Positions 1 to 10,073 of a stretch of DNA of 55,420 bases are shown here, one piece after another. The DNA comes from Candidatus Falkowbacteria bacterium. Its GTDB lineage: Bacteria > Patescibacteriota > Patescibacteriia > Patescibacteriales > UBA12465. Below the pieces are notes generated by a model that was not told the origin of the DNA, made no database searches, and saw nothing but the letters and a program-made list of their open reading frames with translations. The translations under genes were made by a program, and so were the position numbers. The stretch's first letter is position 1. The number at the start of each line of letters is the position of its first letter. The stretch covers positions 1-55,420 of the forward strand of contig JAAZJO010000015.1 in assembly GCA_012800315.1 (NCBI GenBank). Reading direction: 5' to 3'.

Positions 1-71
1 ACTTTTTATCTGCTTTATCAAAATCTTATTATAAAAAATCAATTTTTCTAATAATATTCTTAATAAAATTT

Positions 72-100
72 ATTATAGAGATAAGCGTTTAAATTGTCAA
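72..100 (-). promoter_or_regulatory. Consensus sigma70 promoter pointing out of the left end of the window
   Basis: Minus strand TTGACA (100-95), 17-bp spacer, TATAAT (77-72); perfect consensus. Confidence 0.7.
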
Positions 101-133
101 GAGTTCGCTTTAAAAATAGCCAAAAATCAATAA

Positions 134-2014
134 TTACTCTAAGATTGCTTTAATTCTTCTCACTCCAGCACTAGAAGCTTCTTCTTTTTGAATCTTAAAA
201 TGCCCTAATGTTCCAGTATTTTTTACATGAGGACCACCACAAATCTCTTGAGAAAAAGCACCTTCAATATCAGGTTGCTGATCTGCTTTTAAATGACAAG
301 CGCTATATACTTTTACTTTCTCGCCATACTTAGATTCAAAAACACCCATCGCTCCTCTCTTCTTTGCCTCCTCAAGTGATAATTCTTCACAAATAACTTC
401 ATAATTTTCCGCAATCGCCTGATTAACTAAATCTTCAACTTTTTTTAGTTGCTCGGCAGTCATTTTTTCTGGATGAGAAAAATCAAGACGCAAACGCTCT
501 GCTGTGATATTACTTCCTCGCTGAAAAACATGATCACCTAAAACTTGACGTAAAGCAGCTAATAATAAATGAGCAGCTGTATGCAGCTTAGTAGTCGCCT
601 CACCAGCATCCGCTAAGCCACCTTTAAATTTACCAGCTGCGGCCGTCCGAGAAAGTGCCTGGTGTTTTTTTAACTCTGCCTCAAAACCAGCCCGATCAAT
701 AGTGATGCCATTTTCCTTAGCTAGCTCTTCAGTTATTTCAAAAGGAAAACCGTAACTTTGATATAAATTAAAAGCCGCCACACCATCAATGCCATTAACT
801 GCTATTTTTTTAAACTCCGCTAAACCTTTTTCTAAAGTACGCAAAAACTTTTCTTCTTCTTTTTTAAATTCCGTAAAAATAAATTCTTTATTTTTAACTA
901 ACTCCGGATAAGCAAGAGCATAATCATCAACCACTACTTGAGCAATCTTATCTACCCAGGCTTCTTGAGTGATTCCTAATTGACGACCAAAACGAATCGC
1001 GCGACGCAACAAACGACGAACAATATAGCCTTGATCAGTATTTGAAGGAGCAACTCCCTTATTATCACCAACAATAAAAGTAGCTGCCTTAATATGATCA
1101 GCAATTACTTCAAAACTACGTGTATCTTCCTCATATTTTTTACCAGACAATTCCTCTATCTTAGCAATTATACGACTAAATAAATCACCTTTAAAAATAC
1201 TATCTTTTTCTTGCAAAACCATAGCAATTCTTTCTAGACCACCACCAAAATCAACATTTTTATTTTTTAATTCCTCCCAACCTGCGGCCGTCTTCTTGTA
1301 CTGCATAAATACTGAATTACCAATTTCTAAAAAACGTCCGCAATCACAATTAAGGTGGCAATGAGGTCCAAACTTTGGATCATGTGGTTTGCCGGTATCA
1401 TAAAAAGTTTCACTATCGGGTCCACCTGGTTCACCAATTGTTTCCCCTCGCATCCACCAATTCTTATCTCTATAAGGGAAAATCCTCATGCGACTAAAAT
1501 CTATTTCTTGTCCCGGGCCATCCTCTCCTTTACCAAAAGTAGTTGGTCCTTCTTCGGCTGTAATTCCATATTTAGCAAATAGCTCTTTTAAAACTTTAAT
1601 AGACTCCTCGTCTTTTTCAATTTTTCCATCTTCACTACCAGCATAAACACTTTGATAAACTCTCTGAGGATCTAAACCTAATTCTTCAAACAGAAATTGG
1701 TACCACCAAGTCAACTGTTCAGTTTTAAAATAATCACCAAAGGACCAGTTGCCCAACATCTCAAAAAAAGTATTATGACGCTTATCGCCAACCTCATCAA
1801 TATCATCAGCGCGAAAACATTTTTGGCTATCAACCAAGCGCGAACCAGCGGGATGAGCTTCGCCTAATAAATATGGAATTAAGGGATGCATGCCAGCCGT
1901 AGTAAATAAAACTGTCGGATCATTTTCAGGAATTAAAGAAGCGCTTGAAATAACAGCGTGGCCACGAGCGGCAAAAAAATCTAAATATTTTTGTCTAATT
2001 TCACTTGAAGTCAT
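134..2014 (-). CDS. alaS: Alanine--tRNA ligase, short form lacking the C-Ala domain
   Basis: FTTAGM, HNTFFEMLGNWSFGDYFK, DFGGGLER; editing motifs HTAAH and CGGPH; ends just after AGVRRI. Confidence 0.97.
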   Translation of the reverse strand: MTSSEIRQKYLDFFAARGHAVISSASLIPENDPTVLFTTAGMHPLIPYLLGEAHPAGSRLVDSQKCFRADDIDEVGDKRHNTFFEMLGNWSFGDYFKTEQLTWWYQFLFEELGLDPQRVYQSVYAGSEDGKIEKDEESIKVLKELFAKYGITAEEGPTTFGKGEDGPGQEIDFSRMRIFPYRDKNWWMRGETIGEPGGPDSETFYDTGKPHDPKFGPHCHLNCDCGRFLEIGNSVFMQYKKTAAGWEELKNKNVDFGGGLERIAMVLQEKDSIFKGDLFSRIIAKIEELSGKKYEEDTRSFEVIADHIKAATFIVGDNKGVAPSNTDQGYIVRRLLRRAIRFGRQLGITQEAWVDKIAQVVVDDYALAYPELVKNKEFIFTEFKKEEEKFLRTLEKGLAEFKKIAVNGIDGVAAFNLYQSYGFPFEITEELAKENGITIDRAGFEAELKKHQALSRTAAAGKFKGGLADAGEATTKLHTAAHLLLAALRQVLGDHVFQRGSNITAERLRLDFSHPEKMTAEQLKKVEDLVNQAIAENYEVICEELSLEEAKKRGAMGVFESKYGEKVKVYSACHLKADQQPDIEGAFSQEICGGPHVKNTGTLGHFKIQKEEASSAGVRRIKAILE

Positions 2015-2052
2015 ATAACTTAAACATTATCATTACTAATTATTAACCCATT

Positions 2053-3072
2053 CTATATTACTCTAACTTCCTCCACTAAATCAACCCCAAATTTTTTATT
2101 AACTGCTTTTTTTACTTTCTCAGCTAACGCTAAAATATCTTTAGCTTGGGCGCCACCATGATTAACTAAAATTAAAGCTTGTTTTTCATACATACTCACT
2201 TTGCCAAAACGCTTTCCCTTAAAACCAGCTTGCTCAATTAACCAACCTGAGGGAATCTTAATTTTCTTATTATCACTCTGAAAATATGGCATCTCTGGAT
2301 ATTTTTTCAATAAAGATTTAAATTTTCGCTCGCTGATTTCAATGTTTTTAAAATAAGAACCAGCATTCGGCAGAACTCCGGGATTAGGCAATTTGCTATT
2401 TCTAATGTCAGTAATAACATTAACAATATCACGCAAACATGGTTCAGTTATTTTTCTTTTAGCTAATTCAGTCTTTAAGGGAGCATAAGTTAACTTAAAA
2501 TTAGGCTTCCGACTTAATTTCACCACCACCGAATAAATAAAATACTTCCCTTTTAATTTATTCTTAAAAATACTATCACGATAAGCGAATAAACAATCTG
2601 CTGCCGAAAAAATTTTTTCATGACCAGTTTTAAGATTAATCGCTTTTAAATGATAAAAAACATCTTTTAATTCTACGCCATAAGCACCAATATTTTGAAT
2701 TGGTGCTGCTCCCACTGTGCCATAAATTAAAAACAAATTCTCTAAACCATACAATCCTTGATTAACAGTGAAGTTAACAAACTTCGTCCATGATTCACCG
2801 CCTTTGCCCTCAACTAAAGCATAATCATCATTTTTATCAATAATTTCCATCCCCTTAATCTCATTCTTAATAACTAATCCTTTTATTTTTTGACTAATTA
2901 AAATATTTGAGCCACCCCCGAGAATAAAAATTGGCTGCTTATTTTCTTTGGCCCAAATAATTGCCGCTCTTAAATCTTGTACATTTTTAACAATCACAAA
3001 AAACTCGGCCGCTTGTTTAAGGCGAAAAGTATTAAATGGAGTTAAATCAATATTTTCCTTAATTTTGATCAT
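2053..3072 (-). CDS. murB: UDP-N-acetylmuramate dehydrogenase
   Basis: LGGGSN, GAAPIQNIGAYG, YRDSIFK, PNAGSYFKN, QALILVN, C-terminal EV. Confidence 0.96.
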   Translation of the reverse strand: MIKIKENIDLTPFNTFRLKQAAEFFVIVKNVQDLRAAIIWAKENKQPIFILGGGSNILISQKIKGLVIKNEIKGMEIIDKNDDYALVEGKGGESWTKFVNFTVNQGLYGLENLFLIYGTVGAAPIQNIGAYGVELKDVFYHLKAINLKTGHEKIFSAADCLFAYRDSIFKNKLKGKYFIYSVVVKLSRKPNFKLTYAPLKTELAKRKITEPCLRDIVNVITDIRNSKLPNPGVLPNAGSYFKNIEISERKFKSLLKKYPEMPYFQSDNKKIKIPSGWLIEQAGFKGKRFGKVSMYEKQALILVNHGGAQAKDILALAEKVKKAVNKKFGVDLVEEVRVI

Positions 3073-3075
3073 AAA

Positions 3076-4494
3076 TTATTTTTTCTTCAATAAAATATCA
3101 GCCACCCGAAAAATATCCCCCGCGCCCATCAATAACAAAACATCTTGATGATTTAGTTTCTTTTTTAAATATGTAGCTACTTGTGGGATGGTGGCAATAG
3201 CCTTCACTTTTTGCTTTATTCCCTGTTGCTGATTATGCTCTTTTATCTTTTTAGCTAATTGAGCGCTAGATACACCACCCTGTTTTTCACGGGCTGAACC
3301 ATAAATATCTAAAATAATCAGCTCATCAGTTAAAGCAAAACTAGTTACAAAATCTTTAAACAAAGCCTTAGTTCTAGTAAAAGTATGAGGATGAAAAACG
3401 GTAATTAAATTTTTCCTTTGTTCGCGTGCCCTAATCGCTTCTAAAGTAGCCTTTATTTCTGTTGGATGATGGGCATAATCATCAATAATCAAAGCTCCTT
3501 TATATTTCCCTAACACCTGGGCGCGCCGTTCTGTGCCTTGGAAACTGCCCAAATATTTTTTGATATCCGATAGTGAAACTCCAAGCACGCGACTAGCCGC
3601 AATAACTGCTAAAGCATTAAAAACATTATGTTTGCCCCAAAGACTAATTTTAAACTCTCCCCAATCATTAACGGAAAAATATTGATAACCATTTTTTATT
3701 TTTAAATTAGTCGCTAAATAATTAACCGTGGGCACAGTAGCCTCAGTATCAGCTACATCATAAGTAATCACCGGTCCACCACTATATTTTTTTATTTTAC
3801 TTATTTCCTGATCGCGATTATTAATTACTAAAAAACCAGTCGGCGAAATTTTCTTAATAAAATCAGCAAAAACCTTTGTATAAGCCGCTTGATTCGGAAA
3901 AAAATCTGGATGATCAAATTCAATATTATTTAAAACTACGCCCCAAGGTTGAAAATATTGTAATTTATTTTGATATTCATCAACCTCTGCTATAAAATAC
4001 TTTGACTGACCCAATAAACTACTACCATTAAACTGGGGCACTCGTGAACCAACTAAAACATTCGGTGATTTACCCGCCTGTTGTAAAACATAACCCAGCC
4101 AAGCAGAAGTAGTGGTCTTGCCATGACTACCACAAACAGCAATGCCACGATAATCATTAAACACTCGCCCCAGAGCTTCAGCATAAGAAATCACGGCAAC
4201 TTTCCTAAAACGCTCCGGATTATTCTTAATCATGGCCATTTCCGGATTATTGCTGGCAGAAAAAGCTGAAGAATAAATAATTACATCTAAGTGAGCAGGA
4301 ATATTTTTCTCGGCAAAAGGCGAAAAAACTTTTATTTTTTCCTTCTTCAAAACCTGATCCGTTAAAAATGTGTCCACAATATCAGAGCCAGAAACATTAT
4401 TTCCCTTCTCCTTCAAAAACTGAGCCAACATGGTCATGCCCACCCCCTTAATGCCAATAAAATAAATATTCTTTTTTTTAATCTGCTTCTTCAT
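3076..4494 (-). CDS. murC: UDP-N-acetylmuramate--L-alanine ligase
   Basis: FIGIKGVGM, GSHGKTTT, EVDEY, DDYAHHPTEI, MGAGDI; dcw context. Confidence 0.95.
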   Translation of the reverse strand: MKKQIKKKNIYFIGIKGVGMTMLAQFLKEKGNNVSGSDIVDTFLTDQVLKKEKIKVFSPFAEKNIPAHLDVIIYSSAFSASNNPEMAMIKNNPERFRKVAVISYAEALGRVFNDYRGIAVCGSHGKTTTSAWLGYVLQQAGKSPNVLVGSRVPQFNGSSLLGQSKYFIAEVDEYQNKLQYFQPWGVVLNNIEFDHPDFFPNQAAYTKVFADFIKKISPTGFLVINNRDQEISKIKKYSGGPVITYDVADTEATVPTVNYLATNLKIKNGYQYFSVNDWGEFKISLWGKHNVFNALAVIAASRVLGVSLSDIKKYLGSFQGTERRAQVLGKYKGALIIDDYAHHPTEIKATLEAIRAREQRKNLITVFHPHTFTRTKALFKDFVTSFALTDELIILDIYGSAREKQGGVSSAQLAKKIKEHNQQQGIKQKVKAIATIPQVATYLKKKLNHQDVLLLMGAGDIFRVADILLKKK

Positions 4495-5617
4495 TATTTT
4501 TATAATTAATAATTTTCCAAATAATGGCCGTTATGTTTTCTGCTCCAGCTGGTTTCATGCTTTGAGAAATATTATCACTTAACTCCGCTCTTAGTTTTTC
4601 ATTCTCTAAAACAGTTTTTATTTCTGCACTTAAACTTTTTGCTGATAACTGTTCCTGATCTAAGACAATTGCTGCTTTTTTATCTCTAAAAAAATCAGCA
4701 TTATCTTCTTGGTGGGAATGCGGTATGGGAATAAGAATAGCTGGTTTAGCATAAAAAGCAATTTCCGTTAAAGCGCTTAAACCACAGCGCGAGACAATTA
4801 AATCAGCTGCTCTCAATAAATTAATAAACTCCTTACTCTCCACAAATTCAATCGCTTGATAGCTACCAATAAATTGCTCTAATTCAGGTTTTATTTTTTT
4901 AGCTATTTCTGGATGCTTGCCTTGGCCAGTTAAATTAATAATCTGGCAAAAAGACAAGAGATTTGGTAAAGCTTCGGCAACTAAATCATTAATTACTGAG
5001 GCACCAGTGCCACCACCAGTGACTAAAACAAAAGGTAAATCTGGCTTTAAATTATATTTCTCCCTAATCTTAATTACATCTTCTGAGGCAAAGAAATTTT
5101 TAGTTGGATTGCCCGTTAAAACAGCTTTTGGCCCATAGTCAACCAATGATTTTTCAAAAGTAACCGTAATTACTCGGGCTAAAGGAGCCATTAGTTTATT
5201 AGCTAATCCTGGGCGAATATCTTGTTGATGAACTAAAACGGGAATTTTATAAAAAGCAGCCGCCCACACCAAAGGCACCGCCACAAAACTACCGGCTGTC
5301 ACAATAATCGCGGGGCGCTCTTGTCGCAAAAGAGAAAAAGACTTTAAAAAAGCAAAAAATATCTTAAAAATATCTAAAATATTATGTACTGAAAAATAGC
5401 GTCGCCATTTACCACTAGGTAAAGAAAGATATTTTATTTGACTAGAAAAATTAGCAAGCATCTTTCTCTCTACCCCATTTTTTGTTCCCACAAAAACAAT
5501 TTCTAAATTCTTATCTTCTTTTAACAACTCCTCAGCGACCACTAATAGAGGCGTCACCGAGCCGCCCGTTCCGCCACCGGCCAGCATAATTTTTCTATTG
5601 TTCTTTTTTTCTGACAT
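4478..5617 (-). CDS. murG: Lipid II GlcNAc transferase
   Basis: AGGGTGG, HQQD..PGLANK, TGNP, GGGTGA, HQEDNA; 17-bp overlap with murC. Confidence 0.96.
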   Translation of the reverse strand: MSEKKNNRKIMLAGGGTGGSVTPLLVVAEELLKEDKNLEIVFVGTKNGVERKMLANFSSQIKYLSLPSGKWRRYFSVHNILDIFKIFFAFLKSFSLLRQERPAIIVTAGSFVAVPLVWAAAFYKIPVLVHQQDIRPGLANKLMAPLARVITVTFEKSLVDYGPKAVLTGNPTKNFFASEDVIKIREKYNLKPDLPFVLVTGGGTGASVINDLVAEALPNLLSFCQIINLTGQGKHPEIAKKIKPELEQFIGSYQAIEFVESKEFINLLRAADLIVSRCGLSALTEIAFYAKPAILIPIPHSHQEDNADFFRDKKAAIVLDQEQLSAKSLSAEIKTVLENEKLRAELSDNISQSMKPAGAENITAIIWKIINYKNNEEAD

Positions 5618-5631
5618 GATTGTGTTATAAA

Positions 5632-6792
5632 TTAATATCGCCGACTAGTTGTTTTAGTCTGTTTACTGATATTAACCAATATTCCGATAGCTATCAAGTT
5701 AGCTAAAACCGCCGAGCCACCAGAAGAAATAAGCGGCAAAGGAACACCAGTCATCGGAATAAGATTAATCATTCCACCAATATTTAAAAATGTTTGTACC
5801 GCTAACCAAGTAACCACTCCAACCGCTAAAGTGCTACCAAAAATATCTGGCGCATCACGGGCAATCAATAAACCCCGATAAAAAATAAATAAGTATAAAA
5901 GAATTAATAACGTACTAGGAATAAAGCCAATCTCTTCAGCAATAATCGGAAAAATTGAATCCCCCCAAACTTCCGGTAAATACATAAATTTCTGACGACT
6001 CTGTCCTAAACCACGACCAAACCAACCACCAGAACCAACTGCAATTAATGATTGATTAATCTGGTAGCATTTATCTTGAGCACTATAACTAGGATCTTTT
6101 AAGCACATGAAACGATCAGATTTATAATCATCTATATTGTTCATACTCAGTACGGCCAACAAAGTTAAAGCCGCCACCATGCCAACTAAAAAAAGATGGA
6201 AAATTTTTCCACCTCCGACAAAAAAAACAACAACTGAGGTGAAGACAATAATAAATAAGGTGCCTAAATCAGGCTGCATAATCATTAAGGCACTAATGAC
6301 TCCCAAAATCAATAAAAAAGGAGCAATCCCGCCAGAAAAACTATTTAAATTATCTTTTTTTGCCTCTAACCAGGTAGCTAAATAAATTAAAAAAGATAAT
6401 TTTACAAACTCTGATGGCTGAAAAGACATGCCAAAAATATTAATCCAACTTCTAGCTGTCCCATACTCAGAACGTAAACCGGGTATAAAAACTAAAAGCA
6501 ATAAAACAATAGAGGCTAAAAGAAAAAAGCCAGCAAACTTTTTCCAAATATGATAATCAATTTTAGAAACTAAGAAAAAAACTAACAATGAAATAAGCAC
6601 CCAAACAAGTTGACGAACAAAATAATGATAAGTATTGCCAAAGCGTGAATAAGAAACTATCCAGGAAGCGCTAAAAAGCATCACTAAACCAAAAACAAGT
6701 AAAACAAAAACAGCTGAAAGCAAACTTTTATCAGCTTCATGTTCGCCAGAGCGAGGAGCAAATATTTTTCTTTTTAACCGGCCCAAAGCCAT
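5632..6792 (-). CDS. ftsW: SEDS peptidoglycan polymerase FtsW
   Basis: Multi-TM; FQPSEFVK, QPDLGT, GSGG.FGRGLGQS, YLPE..D.IF, PMTGVPLP.IS.GGS; between mraY and murG. Confidence 0.93.
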   Translation of the reverse strand: MALGRLKRKIFAPRSGEHEADKSLLSAVFVLLVFGLVMLFSASWIVSYSRFGNTYHYFVRQLVWVLISLLVFFLVSKIDYHIWKKFAGFFLLASIVLLLLVFIPGLRSEYGTARSWINIFGMSFQPSEFVKLSFLIYLATWLEAKKDNLNSFSGGIAPFLLILGVISALMIMQPDLGTLFIIVFTSVVVFFVGGGKIFHLFLVGMVAALTLLAVLSMNNIDDYKSDRFMCLKDPSYSAQDKCYQINQSLIAVGSGGWFGRGLGQSRQKFMYLPEVWGDSIFPIIAEEIGFIPSTLLILLYLFIFYRGLLIARDAPDIFGSTLAVGVVTWLAVQTFLNIGGMINLIPMTGVPLPLISSGGSAVLANLIAIGILVNISKQTKTTSRRY

Positions 6793-6813
6793 AAAAATAA
6801 ACTTTTACCCAAC

Positions 6814-7863
6814 TTAAAAATTTCTGTCCAGTAAGAAAATAATTAATCCAATAACCGCGCCAAAAGCAGCAATAATCCAAAAACGCATTACCACTTTAGC
6901 TTCCGTCCAGCCAATAGCTTGAAAATGATGATGAATTGGCGCTGACAGAAAAACTTTCTTTTTAAATACCCGCTTAGAAAAAACTTGAATTAAAACCGAC
7001 AATGACTCAATAACAAAAATAATTCCAATCGGAATAAGTAATAAGGCACTATTAGTTAGCATGGCAATAATGCCTAGAGTAATCCCTAAACTCATTGAAC
7101 CAGTATCGCCCATATAGAAACGGGCGGGTGGAATATTAAACCATAAAAAAGCAACTAAGGCGCCAATTATCACGCCGCAAAAAGTTGCTAAATCATAACG
7201 TCCTTGTGTAAAAGCAATAACTGCATACGATAAAAAAGCAACTAGCAGGGTGCCTCCCGCCAAACCATCTAGACCATCTGTTTCATTAACAGAAAAGGCA
7301 GTAGCTACAATAATAAAAATAAATAAAGGAATATACCAAGCCCCAATTTCAAAATTGCCCAAAAAAGGAATATGAAAAACTGTCCAATCTAGCTTAAAAT
7401 AAAACCACAAAGCACAAACAGTGGCAATAAAGGTAAAAATAAATAAACGATGACGTAGCTTTAGGCCACCGCCGCCCAACACTCCCTTGCCCCTAATATC
7501 TAACCAATCATCAAACAAGCCAATTATAGCTGTAAAAATCAATGCACCTAAAGGCAGCAAAGTTTCTGAGCGAGATAAAAAGTTTAAATGTTTAAAAAGA
7601 GTATCTGGAAAAATATCAGCTAAAAAAGAAAATAAAAAAATAAGAAGCAACAAAGTTCCCCAGATTAAAATCCCGCCCATTGTCGGCGTTCCCTCTTTAG
7701 CGGCATGTAACTTGCTAAAAATCGGAGTTTCACCATTATTTCTTATCCGCTTCCCTAATTTATATTTATATAAAAAGTGAGTAAGCAATGGCGTAAACAA
7801 AGCAGCCACCACAAAGGCAATCGTGGCGAAAAACAAAACTTTAATCAAATAAAACTCCAACAT
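6814..7863 (-). CDS. mraY: Phospho-N-acetylmuramoyl-pentapeptide transferase
   Basis: KEGTPTMGG, GLFDD, NETDGLDGLA, MGDTGS, APIHHHF. Confidence 0.97.
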   Translation of the reverse strand: MLEFYLIKVLFFATIAFVVAALFTPLLTHFLYKYKLGKRIRNNGETPIFSKLHAAKEGTPTMGGILIWGTLLLLIFLFSFLADIFPDTLFKHLNFLSRSETLLPLGALIFTAIIGLFDDWLDIRGKGVLGGGGLKLRHRLFIFTFIATVCALWFYFKLDWTVFHIPFLGNFEIGAWYIPLFIFIIVATAFSVNETDGLDGLAGGTLLVAFLSYAVIAFTQGRYDLATFCGVIIGALVAFLWFNIPPARFYMGDTGSMSLGITLGIIAMLTNSALLLIPIGIIFVIESLSVLIQVFSKRVFKKKVFLSAPIHHHFQAIGWTEAKVVMRFWIIAAFGAVIGLIIFLLDRNF

Positions 7864-7868
7864 AAAAA

Positions 7869-8282
7869 TTAACGAAAATTAATTAAATAAACCGATAAAA
7901 GCGCTATACAGAGAAAAGCGCCAAAAACATTAGCCGCGCCCAAAAAATAATGAACAAAAATCTTAAAATTATTATCTTTACGTAAGCTAGCTAAAATTAT
8001 TAAATTAACTAAAGAAACCACTAAACCAAGTAAGGGATAAAGATAAATTTGTGCCCGATCAGCAACTAAATCAATACCAAAATTAATATTATAATGAAGT
8101 ATCACTAACTCTGTACTTAAACTACGATAAATAAACCAAGCCTGCAGCCACGCCAAAACCTGCCAAAAGACCATTAAAGCAAGATAAATACGACTAGCAG
8201 TTAAGCGAAAAATAGCAGAAAAGGATTGTTTTATATTCTCTAAAATAGAATAAAAACGGGCATAAAAACTAGAATAAGACAT
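7869..8282 (-). CDS. Small membrane protein with 3 TM helices, DUF1648-like
   Basis: Three hydrophobic segments; LHYNINFGID resembles the DUF1648 HxxxxGxxD motif; 5 bp upstream of mraY. Confidence 0.6.
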   Translation of the reverse strand: MSYSSFYARFYSILENIKQSFSAIFRLTASRIYLALMVFWQVLAWLQAWFIYRSLSTELVILHYNINFGIDLVADRAQIYLYPLLGLVVSLVNLIILASLRKDNNFKIFVHYFLGAANVFGAFLCIALLSVYLINFR

Positions 8283-8344
8283 AAAAATACAAAAATAAAA
8301 TTTATAGCGACTCGTAACGCCTCTAAATACTGCTTAATATAATT

Positions 8345-8384
8345 ATTTTAACATATTTTATAATAATATAAAATAAGCTATAAT
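8345..8384. promoter_or_regulatory. Divergent promoter region
   Basis: Minus strand TGtTAAAAT (8353-8345) toward the dcw genes; plus strand TATAAT (8379-8384) 9 bp before ATG 8394; very AT-rich, so chance matches are possible. Confidence 0.4.
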
Positions 8385-8393
8385 AATAGTATT

Positions 8394-9413
8394 ATGAGTA
8401 AAAAAATTATATCTAATATTTTTAATTATGCCTCCCAAGAAGGAGCAAAAGACATCATAATTGAAAAATTACCTAAAAAAATAAATATTAATTACCTCTT
8501 CCCTGATAAAGAGACTCGTTCTTTTAGCTTGCCAGCTAAACTAGAGGAGGATTTTCGTAAAAACCTCCAAAAAGTCCTTGCTCTTGCTCCAGACGATTTA
8601 GTGACTCAAAAATATTGTAAACTAAAAAATAAAACTGGGTATTTTAATTTTTATTTAACCATTCTTTCTTCTGCTGACGGCGACCGCCTCATTATTAACT
8701 TAATTCCAAAAAAACAAAAACTTTTTAGTCTCAGGCAATTAGGACTAAAAAGCAGTGATGTAAAAGCTCTTCAAGCAGCCGCTCAACGCCATTCTGGTTT
8801 AATTTTAATCAGCTCGCCTGATAATCAGGGAAAAAGCTCTACCCTCTACGCTCTTCTGCGGGAAATAGATGCTTTTAACCGTAGTTCTTATTTTCTGGGA
8901 GAAAGCTTTGAACACTATCTTGATGGAATTAATTATTTAGCTGATACTAAAAATAATTGGAACAAAGTTTTAGATCTTGATTCTGATGTGATTATTACTG
9001 AAATAACCCAAGAAAAAAGTTTATACAATGCTTTTCTAGCTGCTTCTTCTGGTCGCCTAGTTCTAGCAACGATTAAAGCTAATTCTGTCTGGGAAGTAAT
9101 GCTCACCGTTTTAAGGCTAAACTTACCCTTAACCTTAAAACTTAATAGTTTACTTTTAATAACTGGGCAACGGATTGTTCCTTTAAAAAGAACGAAATCA
9201 AAATCAACTAGAAAAAAAATTAACAACCGCCAAGACATTGGCCTGTTTGAAGTTTTAAATATCTCTCCGGCAATCAAGAAGTTTATTATAAAAAAAGAAA
9301 AAGATAAAAAGAAAGAAAATTTCTGGGAAGATTTAGTCCGTTTAGCTCTAAAAACTGGTTATGAACCGCTCAGTTATGATAAAAAGAGTAAAATTAAAAA
9401 TGGAGTTATATGA
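8394..9413 (+). CDS. PilB/GspE-family secretion ATPase homologue with degenerate catalytic motifs
   Basis: GAKDIIIE, LGL, GLILISSPDNQGKSSTLY, SGRLVLATIKAN, QRIV, IGLFEVL are collinear with PilB/GspE. Confidence 0.8.
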   Translation: MSKKIISNIFNYASQEGAKDIIIEKLPKKININYLFPDKETRSFSLPAKLEEDFRKNLQKVLALAPDDLVTQKYCKLKNKTGYFNFYLTILSSADGDRLIINLIPKKQKLFSLRQLGLKSSDVKALQAAAQRHSGLILISSPDNQGKSSTLYALLREIDAFNRSSYFLGESFEHYLDGINYLADTKNNWNKVLDLDSDVIITEITQEKSLYNAFLAASSGRLVLATIKANSVWEVMLTVLRLNLPLTLKLNSLLLITGQRIVPLKRTKSKSTRKKINNRQDIGLFEVLNISPAIKKFIIKKEKDKKKENFWEDLVRLALKTGYEPLSYDKKSKIKNGVI

Positions 9414-10072
9414 AAATAGTCACCGTTATCCCAGCTTATAATGAAGCGGTTAAAATTGAAAAAGTGATCACCAAACTAAAACCTTATGTTACTGAAATTA
9501 TTGTAGTTGATGATGCCTCACAAGATAATACTTTTGAAATTGCGCAAGCTGCTGGCGCCCTAACCATTCGTCATATAATTAACCGTGGCCAAGGTGCGGC
9601 TCTCCGTACTGGTACCCAACTAGCTCTCGGGCGCGACGCTGATATTATTGTCCATTTTGATGCTGATGATCAATTCCAAGCAGAAGACATCCCTGAAATG
9701 ATTGCTCCAATATGCGACGGATCAGCTGATGCCGTTCTTGGTTCTCGTTTTCTAACAAAAAAATCAAAGCTGCCCAAAAGCAAAGAATATATCATCATGC
9801 CACTCGCTCGCTTAGTTAATCGCTTATTTTTTGGAATAAAGCTAAGTGATCCACAAAGTGGTTTCCGCGCCCTAAGCCGAAAAAGCGCCGAAAAATTAAC
9901 CATTGAAAATGACGGCATGGCACATTGCACAGAAATCATTCATAAATTATTTAAAAATAATGACCGTATTGTTGAGGTACCAATTACTGTTGTTTATCAT
10001 GAATTTGGACAAAAATTAAGCGGAGGCTTTAAAATCATTAAAGATATAATCATTCAAAAATTAATTAAATAA
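9410..10072 (+). CDS. GT2 polyprenol-phosphate glycosyltransferase (DPM/PpgS-like)
   Basis: IPAYNE, VVDDASQD, NRGQGAA, HFDADDQ, GSRF, DPQSGFRA; ATGA overlap with the upstream gene. Confidence 0.9.
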   Translation: MKIVTVIPAYNEAVKIEKVITKLKPYVTEIIVVDDASQDNTFEIAQAAGALTIRHIINRGQGAALRTGTQLALGRDADIIVHFDADDQFQAEDIPEMIAPICDGSADAVLGSRFLTKKSKLPKSKEYIIMPLARLVNRLFFGIKLSDPQSGFRALSRKSAEKLTIENDGMAHCTEIIHKLFKNNDRIVEVPITVVYHEFGQKLSGGFKIIKDIIIQKLIK

Positions 10073-10073
10073 T

